A stretch of 61,490 bases of DNA from Candidatus Saccharimonadia bacterium (GCA_035544015.1 DATKIP010000113.1:1-61490); one strand, 5' to 3'. Shown: positions 41,137 through 48,520, numbered from the stretch's first letter. Numbers and translations: made by a program. The notes: a model not told the origin generated them from the letters alone.

Positions 41137-41525
41137 GGCTGCACCACCAGCGGTAGCCACATCGGGCTAAAGATCAGCAGCAGCAGCAACCCCACGAAGA
41201 CCACGCCGAGAAGGGCGACAGTAACGAGTCGAGCCCCCGTGATCGTCAGGTGGTTGCTTTGCTCACATTCTTCGGCGAGGCACGCAGCAGCCTCTTCCTC
41301 GATCAAGTACCGCGCGATAGCCAACGACGGGGCGACAAACTCGCCCGTGATCTCGCGAGCGCCATCGTCGTGCAGGTAGACCAGCACGTGCTCCGTGGTC
41401 GGGCCAACGGTATGGGCGAACATCTTGCCGTCGATGAAGTAGGCCGGGGCTCCGATGTAGATGCCCCAGATGGCCCGCGCCGGCGGCTCCGAGTCAGGGA
41501 CCATGCCCACGCGCTCGGCGCTCAC
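41133..41525 (-). CDS. Hypothetical protein with a C-terminal TM segment, 130 aa
   Basis: Track ORF ending ...VALLGVVFVGLLLLLIFSPMWLPLVV. Confidence 0.6.
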   Translation of the reverse strand: MSAERVGMVPDSEPPARAIWGIYIGAPAYFIDGKMFAHTVGPTTEHVLVYLHDDGAREITGEFVAPSLAIARYLIEEEAAACLAEECEQSNHLTITGARLVTVALLGVVFVGLLLLLIFSPMWLPLVVQP

Positions 41526-41812
41526 CCTCGTGGCTCCGATGCTGCGGCGTTCACTTCATCGACCAGCGCGGCCATATCCGCAACGCGCTCACAACTGCGG
41601 CGGTAGGCGTCGCGTGTCTCGTCGTCAGCGATCGGCAGATCGATCGTCTCGCCATTCGGCAGGGTAACGACGATCGCGATGTCCTGGTCCCAGACGTCGT
41701 ACCAACTAGCAAGGTGCGCCTTGAGAATCCGCAAGGCACCCAGCGCGGGGTAGTGCCGCGCCTCTTCCGGGTCTGGTACGATGGTCTCAGCGGGGGATCG
41801 TTCGTCGGTCAC
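41522..41812 (-). CDS. Hypothetical protein, 96 aa
   Basis: Track ORF. Confidence 0.6.
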   Translation of the reverse strand: MTDERSPAETIVPDPEEARHYPALGALRILKAHLASWYDVWDQDIAIVVTLPNGETIDLPIADDETRDAYRRSCERVADMAALVDEVNAAASEPRG

Positions 41813-41851
41813 AATCTACGGTCCTCTCTCGACGCCCTGGGCTCTGACGGC

Positions 41852-42388
41852 TCAGGGTGTCTGCGTGTCTGCGGATGTCAGACGGGGCGCCGACGCTAGT
41901 CCCGTACCGTCAGCACCCCGCCGCTCGCATAGGTCGCCGACGTTCGGGCCGACTAGCCGGGGATCATCACCATCTGCATGCAATCGAAGATCAGGACTGC
42001 GGTGGTCGGGGGTCCGCGCATCGGCGTTCCTTTCGTCGTGCTCCCGAGATTCGGCGCTCTCGGTTCCTTGCGCGTGCTCACGGATCTGGCGCTCGATCTC
42101 TTCGAGCTGCGCCTGGTCGTCCTCGATGCAGGCCGGCATGTGGACCAGCATTCCCGTGCTGATGGCGCACTTGAGGCAGTGCGGATCGAGACCGTGGCCA
42201 TCGGCGAGGCGCTTCGTGGTCGGGGCGATCTTCTTGAAGCAGCCAGCACAGATGACGTGATCCCCGGCCGCGCGGACGCTCGCGCCGTTCTCGCGGTTCG
42301 GCTCAACGATCCTGTACCGATGATCCCGATAGACGAGGTCGACGGCCTGCATCGGCCGACCCGTGCGGGCGGGGGCAGCGGGGGTCAT
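41852..42388 (-). CDS. Hypothetical Cys-containing protein, 178 aa
   Basis: Track ORF with an ATGA overlap to the upstream enzyme gene. Confidence 0.6.
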   Translation of the reverse strand: MTPAAPARTGRPMQAVDLVYRDHRYRIVEPNRENGASVRAAGDHVICAGCFKKIAPTTKRLADGHGLDPHCLKCAISTGMLVHMPACIEDDQAQLEEIERQIREHAQGTESAESREHDERNADARTPDHRSPDLRLHADGDDPRLVGPNVGDLCERRGADGTGLASAPRLTSADTQTP

Positions 42389-43344
42389 GAAGCGGCCTCG
42401 GGTGCATCATCAGAGAAGCAGCCGCAGCCACCGACGTCGAACATATCGACCTGGGCGCCGCGTTCGATCCGCTGGCGCAAGTCAGCCAGCGTCAGCGGCT
42501 TCTTCTTGCCGTCACCCGAGCGGTCGGTCAGGATCGAGACGGGCTTGCCGAGGTACTCGCGAATCGCCTGCTCCTTGGCTTCCCACCACGCGAACACCGC
42601 CGGCAGCGCGTGATAGACCCGCACCCAGTGGCCCTGACCAGCCTTGATGCAGCCGCCCCCACAGTTGTTGTGGGAGAGTCCCAGCGTGTACAGCCGAGGT
42701 CGGCGGATGCCGTGCGCTCGCAACGCGCCGTAGATGTCAACCTTGGTCAGGAATGGCGGCTCACAGAGCGGCGCTTCGTAGCGCCAGCCATCGACCAGAC
42801 GACGGTCACGGAGTCCGGTGAAGCGATGTTTCTCTGACCAGTCGATCCCGACGTAGACGGCCGTGGTGCTCGAAGATCTTGAAGCGGCAAGCCAGCAATC
42901 GATGGCTTGCCGCTTCAAGATCTTCGAGCACGGGTCTGCTCTGGAGTTACCGAGGAACCGCTCGGCGAAGAAGATCGTCCACGGGTCGCGGCCCTCGGCG
43001 ATCCACGCCAGGAACGGCAACCGCTCCTTCGTGCGCTCGCGGAGGTCGGTTAGCGCAGCGACACGGCCGGCTTCGTCCTCGTGAAACTCGGGCATTGCCA
43101 GCGCGGCCTTCACGAGATCGGCCGGGGCCGGCACGTCGAATACGTTGCAGGCCGCCTCGATCAGGAAGCGGTAGAGGTCGGTGTCCTCGATCAGCGTGTC
43201 CGTGAACAGGAGTGTCAGGTTGTCGGTGCCGTGCCGCTCGGCAACTCGGCGTGCGGCCGCCCAACTACCAACGCCGCCGCTGAACGTGGCGACATGCTGC
43301 TGCCCGGTCGCCCCACCGCCCACGGCGCGGCGCCCGGCGGTCAT
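42385..43344 (-). CDS. PP-loop ATPase, PAPS-reductase-like family, 319 aa
   Basis: Variant PP-loop VATFSGGVGSWAAA near the N-terminus. C-terminal Cys cluster HNNCGGGCIKAGQGHW. The overall length and pattern match phage PAPS-reductase/DndC-like proteins. Confidence 0.65.
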   Translation of the reverse strand: MTAGRRAVGGGATGQQHVATFSGGVGSWAAARRVAERHGTDNLTLLFTDTLIEDTDLYRFLIEAACNVFDVPAPADLVKAALAMPEFHEDEAGRVAALTDLRERTKERLPFLAWIAEGRDPWTIFFAERFLGNSRADPCSKILKRQAIDCWLAASRSSSTTAVYVGIDWSEKHRFTGLRDRRLVDGWRYEAPLCEPPFLTKVDIYGALRAHGIRRPRLYTLGLSHNNCGGGCIKAGQGHWVRVYHALPAVFAWWEAKEQAIREYLGKPVSILTDRSGDGKKKPLTLADLRQRIERGAQVDMFDVGGCGCFSDDAPEAAS

Positions 43345-43520
43345 GGTCGCCTCAGATTCGCGAGTGCCCGCGTCAGATCGAGCGAGGCACGCTTGACAGC
43401 TGCACGGGACGGGCAGGCGTCGTACGAACTGCGGTGCTTGGTGCAGGCGTCCATCTCGTTCAGTCGGCGCAGGAAGCGCTCAGCCTCCGCGCGGGCCTCC
43501 GCGATCACCTTGGTGTTCAC
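43341..43520 (-). CDS. Mini-protein, 59 aa (below the track cutoff)
   Basis: GTG at 43520 after GGGAGG. Sequence (M)NTKVIAEARAEAERFLRRLNEMDACTKHRSSYDACPSRAAVKRASLDLTRALANLRRP. ATGA overlap with the next gene. Confidence 0.5.
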   Translation of the reverse strand: MNTKVIAEARAEAERFLRRLNEMDACTKHRSSYDACPSRAAVKRASLDLTRALANLRRP

Positions 43521-43560
43521 AGCGGCCTCCCGGAGCGGCGCTCGGCAGCGTGTGGGGCGG

Positions 43561-43743
43561 TCATCGAGAGGCCTCAGCAGCCAGCCGCCGAGCCACGATG
43601 GGCAGGCCCGCGTCGATCGCGAGGCGCAGCACGTCGGACTTGTTGAGGGGGGTCACGCTGGCAATGCGCTCCGCTTCGGCATGCACGGTCACGTCGAGCT
43701 CGATCCCCATCGGCTTCCGGTCTCGTGCCGGAGTACCCGCCAT
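43561..43743 (-). CDS. Ribbon-helix-helix (CopG/Arc-like) regulator, 60 aa; Cro-position gene of the switch
   Basis: Contains ...IELDVTVHAEAERIASVTPLNKSDVLRLAIDAGLP... It is the first gene of the long minus-strand operon and is divergent from the XRE repressor. Confidence 0.6.
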   Translation of the reverse strand: MAGTPARDRKPMGIELDVTVHAEAERIASVTPLNKSDVLRLAIDAGLPIVARRLAAEASR

Positions 43744-43790
43744 TGTATCTCTCCCGCGTGATCCTCGGTAGAGATCCTACCGGCTTCTGT

Positions 43791-43819
43791 ATTATCGGAA
43801 CTCTTTGCAGCGATGTCAA
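43791..43819 (-). promoter_or_regulatory. Near-consensus sigma70 promoter driving the RHH/early-replication operon
   Basis: Minus strand reads TTGACA (43819-43814), a 17-nt spacer, then GATAAT (43796-43791). Confidence 0.65.
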
Positions 43820-43838
43820 GTCATGTCATATAGACTTG
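43805..43838 (+). promoter_or_regulatory. Divergent promoter for the XRE repressor, with operator-like repeats in its spacer
   Basis: TTGCAG (43805-43810), an 18-nt spacer, then TATAGA (43829-43834). ATGTCA is repeated at 43813-43818 and 43823-43828 (10-bp phasing). Inverted CAAGTC/GACTTG at 43817-43822 and 43833-43838. Its -35 region overlaps the -35 region of the minus-strand promoter. Confidence 0.5.
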
Positions 43839-43863
43839 GAACAGGAACCCTAGGGAGAGATAC

Positions 43864-44370
43864 GTGGCAGTGGTCACGGCGACAGATCGCACGCGAGAGC
43901 AGGGCAAGCGCCTGCGAGAGCTCAGGGAGCGTCTGGACCTGAGCAAGGGCGTGCTGATTGATGCGCTCTCATTCGGATCGACACAGACCTACGATCTGTA
44001 TGAGCGCGGCGTATCCGTGATTCGCTTCGATCGCGTGCCGGAGTGGGCGGCCGCGTTTGGTATCTCGGAGCAAGAGTTTCTCGATGCCGTGTTGGAGCCC
44101 TCGAAGCCGGCGCAGATGACGGGCGCCTTCGATATGCCAGACGACCCCGCCTGGGATTTCCAGGCCGAGCTACATCGGGTATGGCCGCACGACGCGGCAT
44201 TCGCCGATCAGACCTATCAAGAGCATGTCAGCGCGCCACAGTTCGCCCAGAAGGCCGTGGTTGACGCGCTCCGTCGCCTTGCTGCGCGCGATCAGGACAT
44301 GCTCATCCAAGAGAGCGGACGGGCGATCGATGAAGACCGCTCACAGATCCGCTTTACGCGCACGGGATAA
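43864..44370 (+). CDS. XRE-family HTH repressor (cI-like position), 168 aa, no S24 peptidase domain
   Basis: QGKRLRELRERLDLSKGVLIDALSFGSTQTYDLYERG is a Cro/C1-type HTH. GTG start. Confidence 0.8.
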   Translation: MAVVTATDRTREQGKRLRELRERLDLSKGVLIDALSFGSTQTYDLYERGVSVIRFDRVPEWAAAFGISEQEFLDAVLEPSKPAQMTGAFDMPDDPAWDFQAELHRVWPHDAAFADQTYQEHVSAPQFAQKAVVDALRRLAARDQDMLIQESGRAIDEDRSQIRFTRTG

Positions 44371-44525
44371 CACCGGGCAACGAACGCCCGGAGCCCCGCT
44401 GGCGCACTATCTTGACGGAACCACGCGTAGTGGTATCCGTCACGACATTGTTGACGCACTCGCGCCACACGAGTACCGTGGAGGCTACGAAGAGAGCCAG
44501 GGTCAACGCAGATCGGGGGAGTGGG

Positions 44526-44834
44526 ATGAGCTCGTCGATTCTTGATATCGGCCGAGGCCATGACGGCAACGGCAGCCCGCTCAACCTGATCCGCTGCGAC
44601 TACCCACCGGCCCTGGTGGGCACCGTCACGATGACCGCGCGGTGCCATCAGGTTACGCTGGCTCGACGCATCGGCGCGTCAGACGTGGCGAGGGTTGTGC
44701 TCCATTTGCGGACCGCGCACACCCCAGACCGGGGCGTGCGTATCTGCTACGCCCCGGTCTGCGCGATGGCCACGGCCCTCGCTATGGGGTCATCGGAGAC
44801 GGATCTGCGGCCAGCCATCGCCTCGTCAGCCTGA
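44526..44834 (+). CDS. Hypothetical protein, 102 aa
   Basis: In frame with track ORF 44412..44834. The ATG at 44526 has GGGGGAG upstream. Confidence 0.45.
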   Translation: MSSSILDIGRGHDGNGSPLNLIRCDYPPALVGTVTMTARCHQVTLARRIGASDVARVVLHLRTAHTPDRGVRICYAPVCAMATALAMGSSETDLRPAIASSA

Positions 44835-44972
44835 CGACGAGCGCACTCCCCCCAGTATCTCCATCGTAACGCCACGCCCTCGGCGGCGCGTGTGGAGAAA
44901 TCCCCAGTTTTGCCGGCGTCTCGGTCTTTTTCACCCGTGTTGCACCTCGCGGCCGGAAGCCGGGCTGCGGCG

Positions 44973-45503
44973 TCAGGTGCGGGGCTTCAATGGCCCGTAC
45001 CTCGTCATCAGGAAGTCTCCGCCCGTCGATGGCGGTGTGTACCGCCTTTCATTCCGTCTCGTTCTGTTGGTTTGGTTCCGGGAGTTTTCTTTGCCGGCCG
45101 CGTTTGACCGCCTCCCCTGCCACTCTGGCCGGGCCTCCTGGTCGCGGCTGGCCTCGACGGCGGTCACCAGCGCCAGCAGCGCGCCGCACAGGATGTACTC
45201 GTTCGACATCTGGCGCTTGTCCCACGCCAGCCGCTCCTGACGCTGTAGGAGCCCGCGAGACTCAATCCGTTCGGCTGTGCGCCGGACGGTCCTGGCCGAG
45301 CACTTCATCGCCTTTGCCAGCGTCTTGACGCTCGGGATGATCGGCGAGGACGGGTACCAGCGGAACGAGAGCAGGTGCACGACGAGCTGGAGCTCGCGGG
45401 CGTTCTCCACCAGTTCGTGCACGCCATTCGGGATCTGGGTGTAGCGCGAATCGGTGGGGAATGGGTCTGGACACAGCGGGGCGGACCCTGATACATTCTG
45501 CAT
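44973..45503 (-). CDS. Winged-helix/HTH DNA-binding protein (replication-organiser-like), 176 aa
   Basis: YTQIPNGVHELV...LQLVVHLLSFRW...PSVKTLAKAMKCSARTVRRTAERIESRGLL is a typical HTH_36-like pattern. Confidence 0.6.
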   Translation of the reverse strand: MQNVSGSAPLCPDPFPTDSRYTQIPNGVHELVENARELQLVVHLLSFRWYPSSPIIPSVKTLAKAMKCSARTVRRTAERIESRGLLQRQERLAWDKRQMSNEYILCGALLALVTAVEASRDQEARPEWQGRRSNAAGKENSRNQTNRTRRNERRYTPPSTGGDFLMTRYGPLKPRT

Positions 45504-45685
45504 CGAAGGTTCTCCTGCCCCGCGTCACTCGCCGGCCAAAGCTAAGTGACGTGGGGCTCTTCATTTCCTGCGCCCGCTTCAGGCGCGCCGGAGATCATCC
45601 GGACCGGCGCCCGGAATGTCAAGCCGGGCCGCTTTACGTCGACCCGATCACGATTCTGAGCGCGATGCATCCGCGTTGGACATGA

Positions 45686-45715
45686 AGAAGCCCCAGGCTA
45701 GCAGACCTGGGGCTT
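45686..45715. terminator. Perfect 11-bp hairpin in a 473-bp gene-poor region
   Basis: gaagccccagg (45686-45696) and cctggggcttc (45705-45715) with an 8-nt loop. No clear U-tract on either strand. Confidence 0.45.
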
Positions 45716-45976
45716 CATGGCGCCTGAACTTCTGCCCATGGCACACCCAACACGGTCATGGTACCACGTCCACGAGTGCGCTAGGAACTGAGCGAGTTTA
45801 GTGTTTCCCGGGCTGCTCCGGGCACCGTAGGCCGATTCGTTGACGGCTACTCCGCGATAGGCCGCGTCAGTACCTTGCGACACCAGTTTGGCCGTCAACT
45901 CTCGCCCGCGACATGATCGCGTGGCCACTCGCTACTCCGAACTCTACCACGCTCGCCGCCGGCCCCGCGCGACCCG

Positions 45977-46288
45977 TCAGGCCGGCGGAACCGTGCTGCC
46001 GATCTCTCGCGTGAAGAGATGCTCGTGCGGCGGCAGATCGCCCTCATCCGGGATGGTGTCGGACTCGTCCAGATCCCAGGATCGGGGATCGCACCACACG
46101 CAGGCCGGAACCCTGAATACCATCTCCAGCTTGACGTAGAGCGAGTCCCAGAAACTGAACGCCGTCAACTCTTCGAGGTTGCGCCGTCGCTGCTCTCGCT
46201 TTGGCGCGGCGTCGATCTGGGCCATCCGGGTCAGGCAGTGGTTCATCAGCGCGGCCAACTCTTCGGGCTTGAAGTACAAGCTCATCAT
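45977..46288 (-). CDS. Hypothetical protein, 103 aa
   Basis: Track ORF. Confidence 0.6.
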   Translation of the reverse strand: MMSLYFKPEELAALMNHCLTRMAQIDAAPKREQRRRNLEELTAFSFWDSLYVKLEMVFRVPACVWCDPRSWDLDESDTIPDEGDLPPHEHLFTREIGSTVPPA

Positions 46289-46347
46289 GGCGATCGATCC
46301 TCCTGCCTACCCTAAACCGCAGATCGCCACCGATTTCCAAGCCAGAT

Positions 46348-46908
46348 CTACCATGTCGCCGGGTTCCACCATCGCCGATCCTTCAACCGCTGCTCGGCCG
46401 CCTCCCGTGCCGCGCGCTCGGCGGCGAGGATAGCCTGACTCTCGGCAAGTTGCTGGGCCAGGTCGTCGGCGCGTGCTGCATCCTCTGCCAACACTCTGGC
46501 CGTCGCGTCCAATGATGATACTTCCTGTCTGAGACGCTGTCGGTCGGCGTCCGCTTGCGTCTCGGACGCCTTCAGACGCTCGGCCAATTCGCCATTCTCG
46601 CGGGCCAGCACTTCGATGCGAGCGTAGAGCGGAGCGGTGTGCTGGCTGATGATGTCCGAGACGCTGTCGGACAGGGCAAGGGCCCGCTCCTCGACGGTCG
46701 GCGGGATGTCCTGGGGCGTCTCAGCATCGTCTGAGACGTCGTCGGACGTGGCGCCGGCGACCCAGACCTCGACGGGGCGGCCGACCAGATGCCGCTTCGG
46801 GAGCCGGCGCCGATCCAGCGTACGGATGGTCACCCGGTAGAAGCGGGCCGCGTCGGCGAGTGGCAGCCACGCGCCGGCTTCGGATGTGTCGGTCGGTGTC
46901 TCGGACAT
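46348..46908 (-). CDS. HTH (MerR/excisionase-like) + coiled-coil protein, 186 aa
   Basis: AWLPLADAARFYRVTIRTLDRRRL, followed by a long Ala/Glu/Arg-rich heptad-like region. Confidence 0.6.
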   Translation of the reverse strand: MSETPTDTSEAGAWLPLADAARFYRVTIRTLDRRRLPKRHLVGRPVEVWVAGATSDDVSDDAETPQDIPPTVEERALALSDSVSDIISQHTAPLYARIEVLARENGELAERLKASETQADADRQRLRQEVSSLDATARVLAEDAARADDLAQQLAESQAILAAERAAREAAEQRLKDRRWWNPATW

Positions 46909-46928
46909 CGGACGGACAGGATACGCGG

Positions 46929-47013
46929 CGGAGCGCCCGGGAGTCGAACCCGGCGGGAGTTGCCCCCTTACCTCATTAGCAGTGAGGCGCCTTAGCCGAT
47001 CGGCATACGCTCC
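46929..47013 (-). tRNA. tRNA-Ser (anticodon GCU), class II
   Basis: Acceptor stem GGAGCGU/GCGCUCC. Anticodon arm CCUCA-CUGCUAA-UGAGG. Long variable arm. T arm CCGGG-UUCGACU-CCCGG. Discriminator G73. Confidence 0.8.
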
Positions 47014-47016
47014 GAG

Positions 47017-47088
47017 AGACAGCGGTCGGAATCGAACCGACGATCACCTGATTTGCAGTCAGGGCCATAACCACTCTGGCACGCTGTC
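47017..47088 (-). tRNA. tRNA-Cys (anticodon GCA)
   Basis: Acceptor stem GACAGCG/CGCUGUC. Anticodon arm CCUGA-CUGCAAA-UCAGG. T arm GUCGG-UUCGAUU-CCGAC. Discriminator U73. Confidence 0.8.
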
Positions 47089-47089
47089 C

Positions 47090-47165
47090 TGGTGCACCCG
47101 GAGGGATTCGAACCCCCAACCCTCGTGTCTTGAGCACGGCGGCTCTACCGTTGGCCTACGGGTGC
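47090..47165 (-). tRNA. Class-I tRNA with anticodon CAA (Leu by anticodon), CCA encoded
   Basis: Sequence GCACCCG-UA-GGC..GCC-G-CCGUG-CUCAAGA-CACGA-GGGUU-GGGGG-UUCGAAU-CCCUC-CGGGUGC-A-CCA. 76 nt with a 5-nt variable loop and A73. Confidence 0.7.
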
Positions 47166-47273
47166 TGGCCGGAGCACCGTGAGTGTGGTCCCGGCGATCC
47201 TGGGCTCTACCCCCCTGCCTTCACCAGTTCACGGTTCCCCCGAAGTTATCAGGGGTCGCTGGGATAGATACGG

Positions 47274-47348
47274 TACTCCCGGTCCGATTCGAACGGACAC
47301 TGTCCTGCTCCTAAGGCAGGCGCCTCCTACCAGTTGGGCTACGGGAGC
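47274..47348 (-). tRNA. Class-I tRNA with anticodon UAG (Leu by anticodon)
   Basis: Sequence GCUCCCG-UA-GCC..GGC-G-CCUGC-CUUAGGA-GCAGG-ACAGU-GUCCG-UUCGAAU-CGGAC-CGGGAGU-A. 75 nt with a perfect anticodon stem and A73. Confidence 0.7.
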
Positions 47349-47349
47349 G

Positions 47350-47433
47350 CGGACGGGACAGGAATCGAACCTGCGGGGACTCTCGCCCCTGCTCTTTTCG
47401 AGAGAGTGCGGCCAGCCAACGACCAACCCGTCC
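47350..47433 (-). tRNA. tRNA-Ser (anticodon CGA), class II
   Basis: Acceptor stem GGACGGG/CCCGUCC. Anticodon loop CUCGAAA. Variable arm GGGG-CGAGAGU-CCCC. T arm GCAGG-UUCGAUU-CCUGU. Discriminator G73. Confidence 0.75.
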
Positions 47434-47439
47434 ACGGCC

Positions 47440-47448
47440 ATTGTAGCA
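47440..47448 (-). promoter_or_regulatory. Extended -10 element (TGcTACAAT) 7 nt upstream of the first tRNA
   Basis: Minus strand reads TGCTACAAT. The predicted start would fall at about the 5' G of tRNA-Ser(CGA). No good -35 element. Confidence 0.4.
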
Positions 47449-47465
47449 CCGTACTGAGACGGGCT

Positions 47466-47499
47466 GAGACCACTTGCGAGAACCGCAGTTCTCGGTCTC
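47466..47499 (-). terminator. Nested hairpin upstream of the tRNA array
   Basis: GAGACC..GAGAAC-cgca-GTTCTC-GGTCTC: two 6-bp helices with a 6-nt bulge. Confidence 0.35.
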
Positions 47500-47607
47500 T
47501 ACTTATGAGCGCTCACAGCGGTTTACCCGCCCAGCCCCCGCGCCACCGAGCGCCATCCGCGCCATAGCCCGCGCCAACGGGTGCCATAGGCGGTGGACAA
47601 AGAGAGA

Positions 47608-47631
47608 GCCCCGACCTGTGAAGATCGGGGC
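47608..47631 (-). terminator. Hairpin followed by a U-rich tail on the minus strand
   Basis: gccccga / tcggggc (7 bp, 10-nt loop). On the minus-strand RNA it is followed by CUCUCUCUUUGUCC. Confidence 0.4.
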
Positions 47632-47799
47632 CTCCTCTCGCTGGGCTTGCGCCCGCACCCGGCCTCGCGAGGAAGACGGGGGAATTGTGAGCGGGGCCCT
47701 ATGCCCCACCACCGAAGCCGGCCGGACTGGCGATGGGTGCGGTACCGCGCTCACTGAGAGCATACCACCCGCCGCGCGGCCGGCGGGACGGGCTGCCGA

Positions 47800-48063
47800 T
47801 CAGCGAGGCTCGGCGGCCAGTTCGTAGGCTTGCCACGCCTCACCATGATCGCGCTGGTGGTACTCGATCAGTCCGTAGAACGGCGATGTCTCGTGGCCCT
47901 GGACGACTTCATTACAGAGCGGACACCGCCATCCACTGTCGTAGACCTCGTCGGGGTGCTCGGCCCGCCAGCGCTCGACGAACGCCTCTTGGGCACCCAG
48001 TGTGGTACAGGTCGGGCAGGGGACCGCGCCCCTGCCGCCACAGGTGTGCTCAGCCATCCACAT
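47800..48063 (-). CDS. Zinc-binding mini-protein, about 87 aa
   Basis: In frame with track ORF 47800..48168. ATG at 48063/48057 (MWMAEHTCGGRGAVPCPTCTTLG...WRCPLCNE). Confidence 0.5.
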   Translation of the reverse strand: MWMAEHTCGGRGAVPCPTCTTLGAQEAFVERWRAEHPDEVYDSGWRCPLCNEVVQGHETSPFYGLIEYHQRDHGEAWQAYELAAEPR

Positions 48064-48520
48064 CCCCCGTGCCCTGCTCGACCTGGGCGGCGCGGCGCTT
48101 GTTGTGCTCGAATGCCACGGAGCGGGCTGCGTCCTCGTCCGGCAAACACCCCACGACGACCGACCCATCTGGCGCGACGACGTACCAGCCGGTCTTGCCT
48201 TCGCGGACCATGTAGATCTGGGTGATCGCGGCTTCTGAGGCTGCCCGCATCACGGCCTGCCGCTGGTTCCATCGTTCAGGATCAGCGAAGCGCATCAACT
48301 CCAGGACGGCCGTGTCAAGCTCGTCGTGATACTCGCTGCACGCGCCAGGGTACTCGGGGTAGAACTCGTCCTGGCAGCGGGCGAGACGATCCCACGCGGC
48401 GCCGACCTTCACAGCTAGATCCGTGACGATGTCGCCATACCTGATCCCCTCGCGCGCCTGATCCAATTCGCAGTAGATACAGCCGTACCTGTTGCAGCCA
48501 CACGTCGTTGTCTGACTCAC
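48050..48520 (-). CDS. Hypothetical protein, 156 aa
   Basis: Track ORF with a Cys-rich N-terminus (TTCGCNRYGCIYC). Confidence 0.65.
   Translation of the reverse strand: MSQTTTCGCNRYGCIYCELDQAREGIRYGDIVTDLAVKVGAAWDRLARCQDEFYPEYPGACSEYHDELDTAVLELMRFADPERWNQRQAVMRAASEAAITQIYMVREGKTGWYVVAPDGSVVVGCLPDEDAARSVAFEHNKRRAAQVEQGTGDVDG

Noticed and set aside
44941-44979. The inverted repeat gcacct...aggtgc at the convergent gene ends as a terminator
   Set aside because: The stem is only 6 bp, the interior is long and poorly paired, and it overlaps the stop codon. This is not strong enough to annotate.
47090-47165. Reading this tRNA on the plus strand as tRNA-Gln (anticodon TTG)
   Set aside because: On the plus strand position 33 would be C. 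The T-loop would read ATTCGAA, and the T arm would be at the 5' end. The minus-strand fold has a canonical UUCGAAU T-loop, U33 and an encoded 3' CCA.
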